Shown here: in pieces, positions 47,779-57,759 of the stretch
Position numbering within the stretch: position 1 is the first letter of the stretch
Layout: every line of letters begins with the position of its first letter
Assembly (NCBI RefSeq): GCF_035942955.1
Contig: NZ_DASZCQ010000160.1
Coordinates: 18,878-82,877 of the forward strand
DNA from: Actinophytocola sp.
GTDB taxonomy: Bacteria > Actinomycetota > Actinomycetes > Mycobacteriales > Pseudonocardiaceae
DNA length: 64,000 nucleotides
Reading direction: 5' to 3'
Notes under the pieces: generated by a model
The model's database searches: none
What the model saw: only the letters and a program-made list of their open reading frames with translations
Told to the model about the DNA's origin: nothing
Position numbers and translations under genes: made by a program

Positions 47779-49338
47779 TCAAGCCAAAGTCTCGCCGGCC
47801 ACCTCCGCCACGAACAGATGGTGGGAGTAGATACCGGGTGACACTGACCGCCAGGTAGATCTGGGGTCGTTGGGATTGCGGAGGTTCAGCAGGTCGTTCC
47901 ATTCGATGAAGGCGTATGCGGACCTCTCTTCCGACCCGGCGAGCGCGCCGACGTCGGACACTCGGCGTTCACCCGTCCTCAGCGCCCGTAACGCCGCGGC
48001 GTGGGTGGGATCTCGGGTGAACGCGTTGATGTTGACTTTGCCGCTGGGGGCCGGGTTCGCCGTGGTAAAGCTGCCCCGCGCCGGGAGTGGCAGTGCGGCG
48101 GCCAATGCCGCGATCGCCGGTGGGAAGGGGCTTACCCGGCTGAGCGCCTGTGCGTCGTTGATCAATCGGGCGTAGCCGATCGCGCGAATCGCCGCTGGGT
48201 CCATCGACCTGGTGCGGATACCAGCCGGGAACGTGCCGAATTGCCCGGTGGTGACGATGTCCGCGGTCACGTTGCTCAGCGGGACGCCGCTGGCCCGGAT
48301 CCCGGCGAGGATCGTCGGGGCTTGGTCGTTGGCATCGAGGATGGTGATGTGGTGGATCAACGAGGCGGGGATCAATCGCCGCCGCAGGGTGGCGGCGAGG
48401 CCGGCGTTGCCGCGGCTGTGCGCGCTCATAGTGATGGCCGAGACGGTTGCGGGACGTCCCGTGCTCGCCAGCGCGTCGACGATCTGCTGAAGCGAGATGG
48501 TGAACGCTCGGCCCTCTTCTCCGCGCACGCCGATGAGAATCTGGCTTCCCGCGTCGGCCGCTCCGCGTAGGCCGTGGTGCTCGACATGTGAGCTTCCGCC
48601 GATCACACCGGCGGCGGAAAAGAAGACATGCACATGGTTGGTAAGGCTGGCGGCCGCACCGGCCGGCACGAAAACCAGGAACTCACCGTAGGTGAACGTC
48701 CGGTCGGCGAGCCGGTCGGTGCCGCCCGGACCGGCCGGGCCTGACTCGTCGGCACGAATCAGGGGCGCCCAGCCGGTCCTCCCGGTTCCCGCCAACGTCG
48801 CCGCCTTGAGCCGGGAAATCCCCGCCATCGTCTCGGGTGTGGGCCCGCCGCCGCTCGCCGCGGCCCGTTCCGTGACGTAGTCGTCATTAGTCAGATGCCA
48901 CCGGGAATGCAGCAGGTCCTGCACCATGAGCACGTCGGCGGCATTGTTCGGTTGCCCGGCACCCACGGCGGCTCCCAGATTGACGCCGTACTGCGCGGCG
49001 GCCACCTCGCGGGGCAGCACCGGCTCCAAGGTCCGACTCAGGGCGCGCCGCAGGAGCGCGAGGTGAGCCGGATCGGTCACTGCGGTGCCGGGGCCGAGCG
49101 CGACGACCGCCGGGTAAATCGCGTCGTAGTCGGCGTTCTCGATGCCCCACAGCACATGCATCCGGTCCAGCACCAACAGGACACCCTCACGATGGTTCGT
49201 GGCGGGCGCGTCGCCGACCCCACCGCCGGACGGCAGATCGACTCGGACCCGTTGGAGCCGCACCGATCTTGACGGCGCAAGCAGCCCAGCCACCGCCGCA
49301 TTCCCCGCATCTCGCTGAAGCCGCACGACAGGGTGCAT
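47779..49338 (-). CDS. hypothetical toxin-like protein: 'LQRxxGNxAVxxLL' N-terminal leader, alpha/beta-hydrolase-like core
   Basis: The start is the internal ATG of ORF 47779..49530. Motifs: 'VVRLQRDAGNAAVAGLL' and 'ITMSAHSRGNAG' (GxSxG-like elbow). GC3 is low relative to its neighbours. Confidence 0.55.
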   Translation of the reverse strand: MHPVVRLQRDAGNAAVAGLLAPSRSVRLQRVRVDLPSGGGVGDAPATNHREGVLLVLDRMHVLWGIENADYDAIYPAVVALGPGTAVTDPAHLALLRRALSRTLEPVLPREVAAAQYGVNLGAAVGAGQPNNAADVLMVQDLLHSRWHLTNDDYVTERAAASGGGPTPETMAGISRLKAATLAGTGRTGWAPLIRADESGPAGPGGTDRLADRTFTYGEFLVFVPAGAAASLTNHVHVFFSAAGVIGGSSHVEHHGLRGAADAGSQILIGVRGEEGRAFTISLQQIVDALASTGRPATVSAITMSAHSRGNAGLAATLRRRLIPASLIHHITILDANDQAPTILAGIRASGVPLSNVTADIVTTGQFGTFPAGIRTRSMDPAAIRAIGYARLINDAQALSRVSPFPPAIAALAAALPLPARGSFTTANPAPSGKVNINAFTRDPTHAAALRALRTGERRVSDVGALAGSEERSAYAFIEWNDLLNLRNPNDPRSTWRSVSPGIYSHHLFVAEVAGETLA

Positions 49339-50491
49339 CGGCACCTTGGATTCGTGACGTACCAGTCTCGTACCCGCGTAGTCGTTCCCGGCCTCCCGAC
49401 GGCGCGACACATCCACATCTACGAGGACAATCCAGCCGGTCCAAACCTGCAATGTTCGTACCGCCGGCCACGAAGGCAAGAGCGATTGCGCGTTCGCGCA
49501 AGCATCGGGACCACACGAGTGCGGGGCCATCCTTGCAGACCACAGATATGGTCAAGTTCTATACCATCGTCAATGCTGGCATGTGACTCGCGGCAGAAGA
49601 TTACGTTGGAACGCCCCGATACCAACTTCGTGGTGTTCCGCATCTCTGGTCGCCGATTACGAGGACTTGCAGGCTTGGCGCGTGGTTGTTGGCCGCGTTG
49701 TGTCTTCTACGGCCGCACCTGCGCACTGTCGGCTCCTGCAACCCGGACCGGAGCTCGTCGACCTTGCTCAGGCGGGGAGCAGCGTTGGACGACCTGTGCT
49801 CAGCCGGGGGCGTTGGGGCAGGTGTGGGAAAGGTGAGGCGCTCACCGGTGACGTTCCTCGGCGTGGGAATGGTGATTTGTTCCCATCCGGTGAGTGTCTC
49901 GCCGGGCTGGCCCCATCGCTGCCACCGGTCGGCACCGTTTTCGTTCCGGGTTCCGGGAAGTCGATGTGCTCCACCGGGGTGCCGGCACCGTCGCTGCGCA
50001 GCCACTTGGTTCGAACGCCGAGCGAGCGCGCACAGCCGTGACGAAAGCCATCAGGTCGGTCATCGCCCACATCATGGCGCACGACCCAGTCCTGGGTGGG
50101 CATCTGCGCCAGGCGATCAACACCGGCACCTGCTGCGCATACATCCCGGACCCCACCGCCCCGCTGCACTCGAGTTTCTGAACCGCGGCTGCCAACCCCT
50201 GACTGGTCGAGCGCAGCACGTCGGTAACCCGGCCGCACATCGAGGGCCGGGGAGAAAGGCGGCCGGTGGTCGTTGAACGGCCAGGGTGACGGGCCCGCCG
50301 CCGGGGACTCCGGTGAGGACCTCGGGCTCGGCATCGGGGCCGCACCCACCGCACGCTGGAAGCGATCATGCCGGCGTCGTCGATGTCGCTGGCGTCCGAG
50401 CCGACACCTGGGTCGCCCACCGTCCCGCGGACGGCCCCACCCGGTTCGGCCACGATGGCGGTGGCCGGTACGAGGGCGGCTCGTACTCGTC

Positions 50492-51100
50492 CTAGCGAGT
50501 GTTTGTCGGGGTGGTGCGGTTGCGCGGGGTGAGCTTGCCGGTGATGTCGTGTACCAGTGCGGTCATGTCGTCGCGCATGCGTCGGGCGGTCTCCTCGTCG
50601 GGCAGCTCCCGCCCGGGGATCCCGGGTCTGGTGTGGTAGCAGCCCACCACCAGGTTGTCGATCTGGAAGCCGGCACTGACGTAGTCGCTGATTCGCTTGA
50701 GCTCCTTGGTGGACAGGTTGTCGCTCATCGTGAGGTCGGACAGGCCGCGGTTGGTGATCTCCAGCGACCCGTGGTTGCCGAGCCGGCTGCGCATCGTCAC
50801 CTCGACGCTGGTGAACCGTGACCGGGGTGTGGTGAACACGCACCGCCGGGAGGGATCGTTGTCCTCGACGAAGTAGCTGTCCTCGAGTGTGGTCTCGCCG
50901 ACCGCACCGCCGAGCAGGGCGGCCACGCGCGAACGGTCGATCATGGAACAGGGTGGCGGCTGGGGAAACCCGTCGCCCACCCGCCACGGGTTGACCACCT
51001 CCGGCGCGCCGCCCCCGGTGATCACCAGGAGCACCCCGAGTACCAGCTCGGCGGCGACCGCCGCCCCGATCGCGAGCGCTGTCCCCAGCCGGCCGGGCAT
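50492..51100 (-). CDS. hypothetical membrane-anchored protein
   Basis: ORF of 202 aa with N-terminal TM 'LGTALAIGAAVAAELVLGVLLVITG'. I recognise no family. Confidence 0.45.
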   Translation of the reverse strand: MPGRLGTALAIGAAVAAELVLGVLLVITGGGAPEVVNPWRVGDGFPQPPPCSMIDRSRVAALLGGAVGETTLEDSYFVEDNDPSRRCVFTTPRSRFTSVEVTMRSRLGNHGSLEITNRGLSDLTMSDNLSTKELKRISDYVSAGFQIDNLVVGCYHTRPGIPGRELPDEETARRMRDDMTALVHDITGKLTPRNRTTPTNTR

Positions 51101-51779
51101 CGGCTCAGGTTATCTGGTTTCCCGGCCGGTGGTTGGGTAGATCCTGTGGCACACCGCCGTTGAGGGCTGACCTCACCCAGACCGCCCCATGCTCGGCATG
51201 CCGACCGCCGACGGTGTCTCCGGATTGGCATACCGCGGGCTTGTGCACTGCCTATAGGCAAACACAAGTACCGGAGTCCAACGGCGCTGTCCGCTGCGCG
51301 GCGGCGCTCGACCGGCTTGGTGCATGGACTCGCGACGGCGCCAGCATCACGGATCTTGTCCCAGAACCACCGCCACACACATCGACCTGTGATGCGGGCT
51401 GCGAGAAACCACCGATGACCGTAGCGGCACCCGCCGGGCCGGGGTGGGAAACACCGTCCGTGGGCGAGACGACCTCGGTTGGGTAGTTGCGTGTCCGGGC
51501 GTCATCACGATGGTGTGGACGCCACCGGGTCCGCGATGATCAACTGTTGTCCCGCGGGCTCGTGGACAGGAAGGGCGGTTTGCGTCGGGTGACTAGACCG
51601 AACGGGGATACCTCGGTTGCTGCGGTGGCAAGAGTTAGGCCGAATGGGCCATCCTGGACGATGCGGGAGCCGGTAGGGCCGGCGCGGGACGGGTCGATCT
51701 CGTGCGTGGAACACCGGACGGACGAGCGGGTCGTGCGGGACTGCTCGGGGTTTCGCCTGGCCGGAGGGATCGGTGCTGG

Positions 51780-52907
51780 GTGACTAGGTCCTGGGCCCAC
51801 CGCTACGCCGACCTTTCCGCCCACCCCGTTCAAGTCCTCACCGCTCTGACCGTCCTGGGCACGACCACGGTCTGCGCATCGGACTTGGCCGCGGCACTGG
51901 ATGTGCCAGTGGCTGACGTCGAAGCCGCGGTCGCGTTGTTGCAGCAGGCCGGATGGTTCGAGGAGCAGGCGGCCGGCGCGGACCCGCGGTTGCGGGAGGC
52001 CGCGCGAATCTGGCTGACCTATGACGCGCCCGAGCGGCCCGATGCCCCTACCGCCGCGGCGATCGCCGGACGTTTCCTGGCGTACGTCGGCGCCGGACTC
52101 GACCCGGGCCGGCATGAACCGGACGACATCGTCGAATGGGCGCGCCGGCATGCCGACGGGATCGTCCGGGCGATCCGGGCGGGCGTGCGGGCCGGGTTGC
52201 ACGCGGCCGCGACCGCGGTGGCCGCTTCGGCCTGGCGGGTGGCTGATCGGGTTGCCAACCCGGCGTGGTGGCACCAGTTGGCCCGGCACGGGGAGGACGC
52301 CGCCACCAGGGCGGGCGACACCGTTGCCTTGATCGGGCTGCTGACCAGCAGCGCGGACGTCTACGCCGATGCCGGTGACATGCCGGCCGCGGAGATTCAA
52401 CGGGTGCGCGCCTGCCGGCTGGCCTTCGAAATCGCCGACCACGACCGCATCGTGGCGGCCCTGACCGGCTTGATCGAGCTGTATCGCCGCTGGAAGAGGC
52501 CGGAAGGTGCGCTCGACACGTTACAAGAACTGGGCGACACCCAGCACCGTGCCGGCAACCCGGTCGGTGAGGCGGCGGCGCTGGCCGAGATCGGTGAGAT
52601 CATGCTGGCTGCTGACCGGCCGAACCGAGCCGAGGCCTACTTCTCCAGAGCGGACGAGATCCTCAATGAGCAACCGGCAAATATCGTGTCGCCAAGGAGG
52701 CATGCGCGGATCCTCGAGCAGTGGGGACGGGCGCAATGGCGTCTCGGACACCGGATTGTGGCACGAAAATGCTTTCAGCGAGCGCTCGACCTTCTCACCG
52801 ACGTCGACGCCGCGGCGGCCGCACGTGTCCAAGCCCTGATCGACACCCGCACCGACGCTGACACTCTGCCCGGCGAAGAACCTGGCGCAGACAGCGAAAC
52901 CGGCTAG
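51780..52907 (+). CDS. hypothetical helical-repeat (TPR-like) protein with N-terminal winged-helix-like segment
   Basis: From ORF 51702..52907; a GTG at 51780 follows GGAGGGA. The C-terminal half is helical-repeat-like ('ALDTLQELGDTQHRAGNPVGEAAALAEIGEIML'). Confidence 0.5.
   Translation: MTRSWAHRYADLSAHPVQVLTALTVLGTTTVCASDLAAALDVPVADVEAAVALLQQAGWFEEQAAGADPRLREAARIWLTYDAPERPDAPTAAAIAGRFLAYVGAGLDPGRHEPDDIVEWARRHADGIVRAIRAGVRAGLHAAATAVAASAWRVADRVANPAWWHQLARHGEDAATRAGDTVALIGLLTSSADVYADAGDMPAAEIQRVRACRLAFEIADHDRIVAALTGLIELYRRWKRPEGALDTLQELGDTQHRAGNPVGEAAALAEIGEIMLAADRPNRAEAYFSRADEILNEQPANIVSPRRHARILEQWGRAQWRLGHRIVARKCFQRALDLLTDVDAAAAARVQALIDTRTDADTLPGEEPGADSETG
51827..51839 (+). repeat. second copy of the tRNA-Val T-arm core (cGTTCAAGTCCTc), candidate att remnant
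   Basis: Identical as a 13-mer to 29584-29596 and as an 11-mer to the tRNA T arm at 26790-26800. Confidence 0.25.
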
Positions 52908-53090
52908 GAATGCCGCAAGAAGCTCACGATGGCGGCCACGACTTGAATCAGGCCGGCGACCGGCTGAAACCAACGGAATTCTCGACGGAAACGCCGACGG
53001 CCTCGGTTCGTGTAGCGGCGGTGCCGTCCTTGTGGACTTCTGGTCACAACGATCCCTTTCGGTTCATCATGATGGGTCACGGTGACACGG

Positions 53091-54311
53091 TCAGCCGGCT
53101 GATGACTGACGTTCAGGGCCGGGCGAGGGAACCAGCGTGAGCAGGCGCGCGATATCGGTGGCCACGATCGCTTTCCCGGAAATCGTCTCCTCTGCCTGAA
53201 ACCCCAGCGTTTTCAGGTCGACAAACTCCACCAGACCCTCCTTGTGGAGTCGTCGAGCAACCTCGACTGCATGATTTCCGGTCACACCACAGAGCTCCGG
53301 GATCTCCCGGACCAGGATCATGGGCCGGTCGATCAGCGCCTCGGCCAACCGCACCGCCGCGGTTCTCCGCGCGACCTTGGCGACCGTACCGCGGTGCACG
53401 TCGGTCAACTCGGCGACAAGCTCGATCTGCTGATAGCAGGCCTCGCGGATCGCCTCGGCCGCGATGACCATCAACTCGTCGGGATCACCCCGGTCCAGCA
53501 CGCCGCGGATGACCGCGAGGTACCGCTCCTCGTGGCGCCGCAACCAGGTCGCCAAGGGCAACACCGGATCGCGCAACACGCCGGCGCGCATCAACATCAG
53601 GATGGGGAACTGCCGAGCCAGATGCGCGCTGCCCGGGAACGGCGAAATGAGGAGGAACTGGATCTGCGCCAAAATGATCGTGACCAACGGCGGCAACTCG
53701 CGCTGCTCCCTCACCCACACGCACCACTGTTCGGTCGCCACCCGCAACTCCGCCCCCGGCGGTGCGTGAACGATGAGATCCTCTCCGGCAGGAGAGTTGG
53801 TCCAGGTGATGTGCCTGCGCCACGGTAGCTCCTCGGCAAATGCGTCGTCCGGCACATCCGACCCCGACATTGCCGCGCTCATCCTGGCCCACACGGTGGG
53901 ATCCAAAGACCGGTCGGACCGCGCCAACTCCACGATCATCTCGCTCACTCGTTGGTAGCCCGGCCACCGCGGATGGGGATCGGCTGCCACAGCCCCCGGC
54001 ATCGCGGCGGCCAACACCTCACGGCGACCGACGATCACCCCATCCATCGCCGCCGACGACCGGGTATCCAACGCCTGCAGCATCCGCGACACCGTCGCCC
54101 GATGCGGCACCTGCGCCATCGCGGCATCCAGCCGCCCCACCGCCTCCTGGGCCGCCATCAGCTCGCCGTACGTGCTGGGCCGCAAGACAATCCCGGACGG
54201 CAGGGGGTCCGGCAGAAACGCCTTCCGCTGGCGCACCGCCGCGGGGAGATCGTCACGATCGGCAAGAGAGAACTGTCGCCCGCGGAACACCGCCCGCTGC
54301 TTATCCAACAC
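53091..54311 (-). CDS. Fic-family-like protein with degenerate Fic motif and C-terminal winged HTH
   Basis: ORF of 406 aa with overall Fic architecture. 'ISPFPGSAHLARQ' sits at the position of HPFxDGNGRxxR. Confidence 0.5.
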   Translation of the reverse strand: MLDKQRAVFRGRQFSLADRDDLPAAVRQRKAFLPDPLPSGIVLRPSTYGELMAAQEAVGRLDAAMAQVPHRATVSRMLQALDTRSSAAMDGVIVGRREVLAAAMPGAVAADPHPRWPGYQRVSEMIVELARSDRSLDPTVWARMSAAMSGSDVPDDAFAEELPWRRHITWTNSPAGEDLIVHAPPGAELRVATEQWCVWVREQRELPPLVTIILAQIQFLLISPFPGSAHLARQFPILMLMRAGVLRDPVLPLATWLRRHEERYLAVIRGVLDRGDPDELMVIAAEAIREACYQQIELVAELTDVHRGTVAKVARRTAAVRLAEALIDRPMILVREIPELCGVTGNHAVEVARRLHKEGLVEFVDLKTLGFQAEETISGKAIVATDIARLLTLVPSPGPERQSSAG

Positions 54312-54996
54312 ACGCAGATCGTCGCGTACTCCGATTTATGGCGGAAAACCGGGGTCACACGAAAACCTACCTTCCGTAGAAGCGCGCTAGGCCAGTCGTG
54401 GACTCGATGCCAATCCCGGCCTTTGGTCTATTCTCCCAGGTCAGGGCTCGTACGACCGACTCGCGAACATCAACACTTCGCGCGGCGCCGGCCGTTGCCC
54501 GAGCCGCGACACGGTCCAGCGACCCCTGAGGGGCACGAGCGCAACTTTTTGGCCAGGAAGATGCACCAGATTGGGTGACGTCACCCGCACAGCGAACAGA
54601 AGCGCGCCCGGGCGAGATCGACCGTGACTGCGGTCCGCCACGGCCGGCGCGATCACCTTTGACCGCATGCCCAAGATCAACGAGGCGTTGACGAGTCAAG
54701 CTCAGCGCAGAGCGGGGTGGTTCGCGGCGCGGCTACCGGCGGTGTGCCGGCGCTGCCCCGCAACCCGACCACCCGCGGTGCGCCCCGGCGCCTTCGCCCG
54801 GGTGCTCGCCGGCCGCACCCGGACCTACGCCTACCGGTTCGCGCACCGGACCGGGCCCGGCCCCACCCCGATATCCGGCTACGTATGAGGCCGGAGTGTC
54901 GCCGGCCGTACGGACGAAGCATGCGTACCGGCCGGGGCCGCCGCAGCACCGACCGCGGTCGTCTGATCGTTTGAACAGTGGGCTTTTCGGGAACCC

Positions 54997-55491
54997 GTGT
55001 TCATGGTTGTCACTAGAACGCGTCGCCGCACCGCGACCGGTGTGGCCACGATTGTGGCCTTCCTCCTCGTTCTGGTGTTCGGTAGCCCCATCTTCGTGGA
55101 CTGGGTCAACGACAACACCAGAGCCGACACCGCCGGCGGGCTGTTCCTGCGAACGCTGGCGTGGCCGGCTTGGTCCTTCGACGCCGACATGCCCGTGCGG
55201 GACGTGTTGGCGCAGGACCTCAAGGCGATTCTCTTCATCGTGTTCGTCGCCCTGTTCGTGAGCCTCCTCGCCGGGGCGGAGCTGTCGCGGGCCCGCGGGA
55301 CTCTCGCCGACCTGTTCAGCGGGTGGGGCGCCGTGATCTTCGCGGCGGCTCTCGCCGGCTTCCTCACCGCCTTTCTCTCGGTACAGGCCGGTTTCTACAC
55401 GGCGCTGCTGTGGGCGTTGAGCGGTGCGGGATACGGCCTGATCACGGGCTGGATCATCGCCCTCGCCCAGATGGGCACCCGCCGCCCGTAG
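54997..55491 (+). CDS. hypothetical integral membrane protein (4 TM)
   Basis: ORF of 164 aa with four clear hydrophobic helices. Confidence 0.6.
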   Translation: MFMVVTRTRRRTATGVATIVAFLLVLVFGSPIFVDWVNDNTRADTAGGLFLRTLAWPAWSFDADMPVRDVLAQDLKAILFIVFVALFVSLLAGAELSRARGTLADLFSGWGAVIFAAALAGFLTAFLSVQAGFYTALLWALSGAGYGLITGWIIALAQMGTRRP

Positions 55492-55556
55492 CAGGTATGC
55501 CAGATGAGGGCGCCCCTCGCCAGAGGGGCGCCCTCATCAGGACCGTGACCCCTCGG

Positions 55557-56924
55557 TCAGTTCCGGCATACGGCGCACGACGGCGTCCCGGCCACCGGTG
55601 TGCCGAGTCGCGACGTCTGCAGCGGCACGTTGATCCGCAGCGGTATCGCGGTGTGGTCGTCCGGGGACCCGCCGGCCTCGATCGCGAATGCCCGCACCAG
55701 CCGCTCCACCCGGTAGGCGCCCGGCCGGTCACCGCGACGCAGCAAGCCGGCGTCCATCAACTCGTCGGCGAGCTCGCCCTCGTCGTGCAGGACCGAGTTC
55801 GGGTCGCAGCGAAACGGAAGCCGCGCGACTCGCCTCAGCAGGGTCTTGGCGGCGTCGCTGACCTCCTGGTACGCCGATCTCAGCGACTCGCGCAGGGACA
55901 GGTCGCCGATGCGTAGCCAGTTCAGCGCCCCGTCGCGTTCCATCAGCTTGGCGGTCGCCGTGCACAGCGGCAGGTCGGGCCGCGCGACCAGCTTGCGCAG
56001 CGCGATGTCCAGTGCCAGCGGCAGGTCGCCGCACAGCTCGGCGAGCCGGTCGCACTCCTGCGGCTCGGCCTCGGCCCGCTCGGGTACGGCTGCGGTGATC
56101 ATCGCGATCGAGTCGGCCCGCGGCGGCACGTCCAGCCGGATGCGGCGGACGCCGCCCAACCCCAGCAGGGGCCTGCGGCTGATCACCAGGGTCACGCTGT
56201 GCCGCGACTCGGCCAGCAGCGGGCGCACCTGCCGCTCGTCGCGAACGTTGTCCAGCAGCACCAGCAGCCTCCGCTCGGCCAACAGGGAGCGGTACAGCCC
56301 GGCGCGCTGGTCCACCATGCCCGGCAGCTGATCGGCGGGCACACCCAGGGCGCGCAGGAACCCGTCGAGCACGTACCCGGCGTCCGCCGCGGTGCCGGTC
56401 AGCGGCCCGAGGTCGGCGTACAACTGGCCGTCGACCATGTCGGCGGCGATGCGGTGCGCGTAGTGCAGTGCGAAGTCGCTCTTGCCGATCCCGACCGGAC
56501 CGGTGATCACCACCGGGGTCGGCGCGGGTGCGGAGAGCCGGTCCAGCTCGGTCCGCCTGCCGACGAACCCGCTTGGCCGCAACGGTAGTTGGGCCGGCCG
56601 GGGCATTGCCTGGTCGGCAGGCGAGTTCCTATATCGGCCGCGGGTCGGGGCGTCGGAGTTGGTGAGGCTCGCGGCGCGCATCCAGCGGCGCCGCCATTCC
56701 TCGCGGTCACCGCCGCACGCCGCCACGAACCCGAGCGTGACCTGCAACGTCGGTAATCGTGTGCCGCTTGCCGCGCTGGACAACACGGACGAGGAGAACA
56801 ACGCTGAGCGTGCCATGTCCCGGTAGGTCGGGTTGCCCGCCCGTGCGCGCAGTTCGCGCAGCTCGTTGGCAAAACTGGCCACCACCCCGCCGGTGACATC
56901 AACAGGCTTCTCCGGTCTCGCCAT
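55557..56924 (-). CDS. XRE-type HTH + NB-ARC (STAND) ATPase regulator
   Basis: ORF of 455 aa with N-terminal 'FANELRELRARAGNPTYRDMA', the P-loop 'GPVGIGKSDFA' and 'LLVLLDNV'. Confidence 0.75.
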   Translation of the reverse strand: MARPEKPVDVTGGVVASFANELRELRARAGNPTYRDMARSALFSSSVLSSAASGTRLPTLQVTLGFVAACGGDREEWRRRWMRAASLTNSDAPTRGRYRNSPADQAMPRPAQLPLRPSGFVGRRTELDRLSAPAPTPVVITGPVGIGKSDFALHYAHRIAADMVDGQLYADLGPLTGTAADAGYVLDGFLRALGVPADQLPGMVDQRAGLYRSLLAERRLLVLLDNVRDERQVRPLLAESRHSVTLVISRRPLLGLGGVRRIRLDVPPRADSIAMITAAVPERAEAEPQECDRLAELCGDLPLALDIALRKLVARPDLPLCTATAKLMERDGALNWLRIGDLSLRESLRSAYQEVSDAAKTLLRRVARLPFRCDPNSVLHDEGELADELMDAGLLRRGDRPGAYRVERLVRAFAIEAGGSPDDHTAIPLRINVPLQTSRLGTPVAGTPSCAVCRN

Positions 56925-57313
56925 GACGGAATCCCCTCCACATCAACCCGGCTACGCTTCGTCGGACGCTGGACCCACCAATACCATTGGTCCCGTGGAT
57001 GAAAGTTGACAAAAATTTGCCCCCAGGCTTGTTGTCGATCATTGCACCGCCGGCTATTCCAGTCGATGGGGGCGTTGAACGGCAGGGTTGATCGGCCCGA
57101 ACAATCAACCAAGCCGGACTCGTCAAAGGCGACGAAATCACCCGCATGGCGGTTGCTGCGACCACGCTATCACCGTAGGTGGTTGTCAGGACGGGAACGC
57201 GGCAACCACCCGCGACACGGGGTCACCCCGCGGGCGGCGGATTGGCGGGCGCAACATCGCCGTGAGTAATTGTCGCGTTTTTCGTCACCACGACCGCGTA
57301 CAGATTCGGGAAC

Positions 57314-57610
57314 TCAGATGTTGATGATCATCTCGTGGTCGATCTCCACGATCTCCACCGCGAGCTCGGCGAACCGGCCCGCGATGAGCTCTTTGTACGC
57401 CGCGGAGCCGGTATGTACGTCATAGGCCTCCTGGTCGGCGAAGTTCTCGACGAACAGCAGGTAATCCGGGCGCGCCGGATCGCGGTACACCCGAAAGGAC
57501 AGCGTCGCGGGCTCCTGCTCGGGGCCCCACCGGGCGAACTGCCGGACGAGCTCCTCGGCCTCGGCCTGCTTGCCGGGCTTGAGCGGGACCGATAGAACCT
57601 TGGTGAGCAC
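57314..57610 (-). CDS. antibiotic-biosynthesis-monooxygenase (ABM) domain protein
   Basis: From ORF 57314..57700; a GTG at 57610 lies 5 nt after AGGAGG. At ~98 aa it has a ferredoxin-like ABM pattern ('FVENFADQEAYDVH..S..Y'). Confidence 0.7.
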   Translation of the reverse strand: MLTKVLSVPLKPGKQAEAEELVRQFARWGPEQEPATLSFRVYRDPARPDYLLFVENFADQEAYDVHTGSAAYKELIAGRFAELAVEIVEIDHEMIINI

Positions 57611-57759
57611 AGGATCCTCCTGGGTAGGACGCGCAACGAGCCGTGGACACGACGATAGAATTGCCGAGCCGCAGGGAAGTGTCTGGTCAGATGCGGACAA
57701 CTCGGCGGTGTCCGGGTATGGCTGGCGGGCCGGCGGCGGTCCCTTGATAAGTCTGCGAC

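Noticed and set aside
54667-54888. A 73-aa ORF in the 680-bp gap between the Fic-like gene and the membrane protein gene.
   Set aside because: It is Arg/Pro/Ala-rich with no motif and no RBS. Neither coding status nor an RNA gene could be supported by eye.
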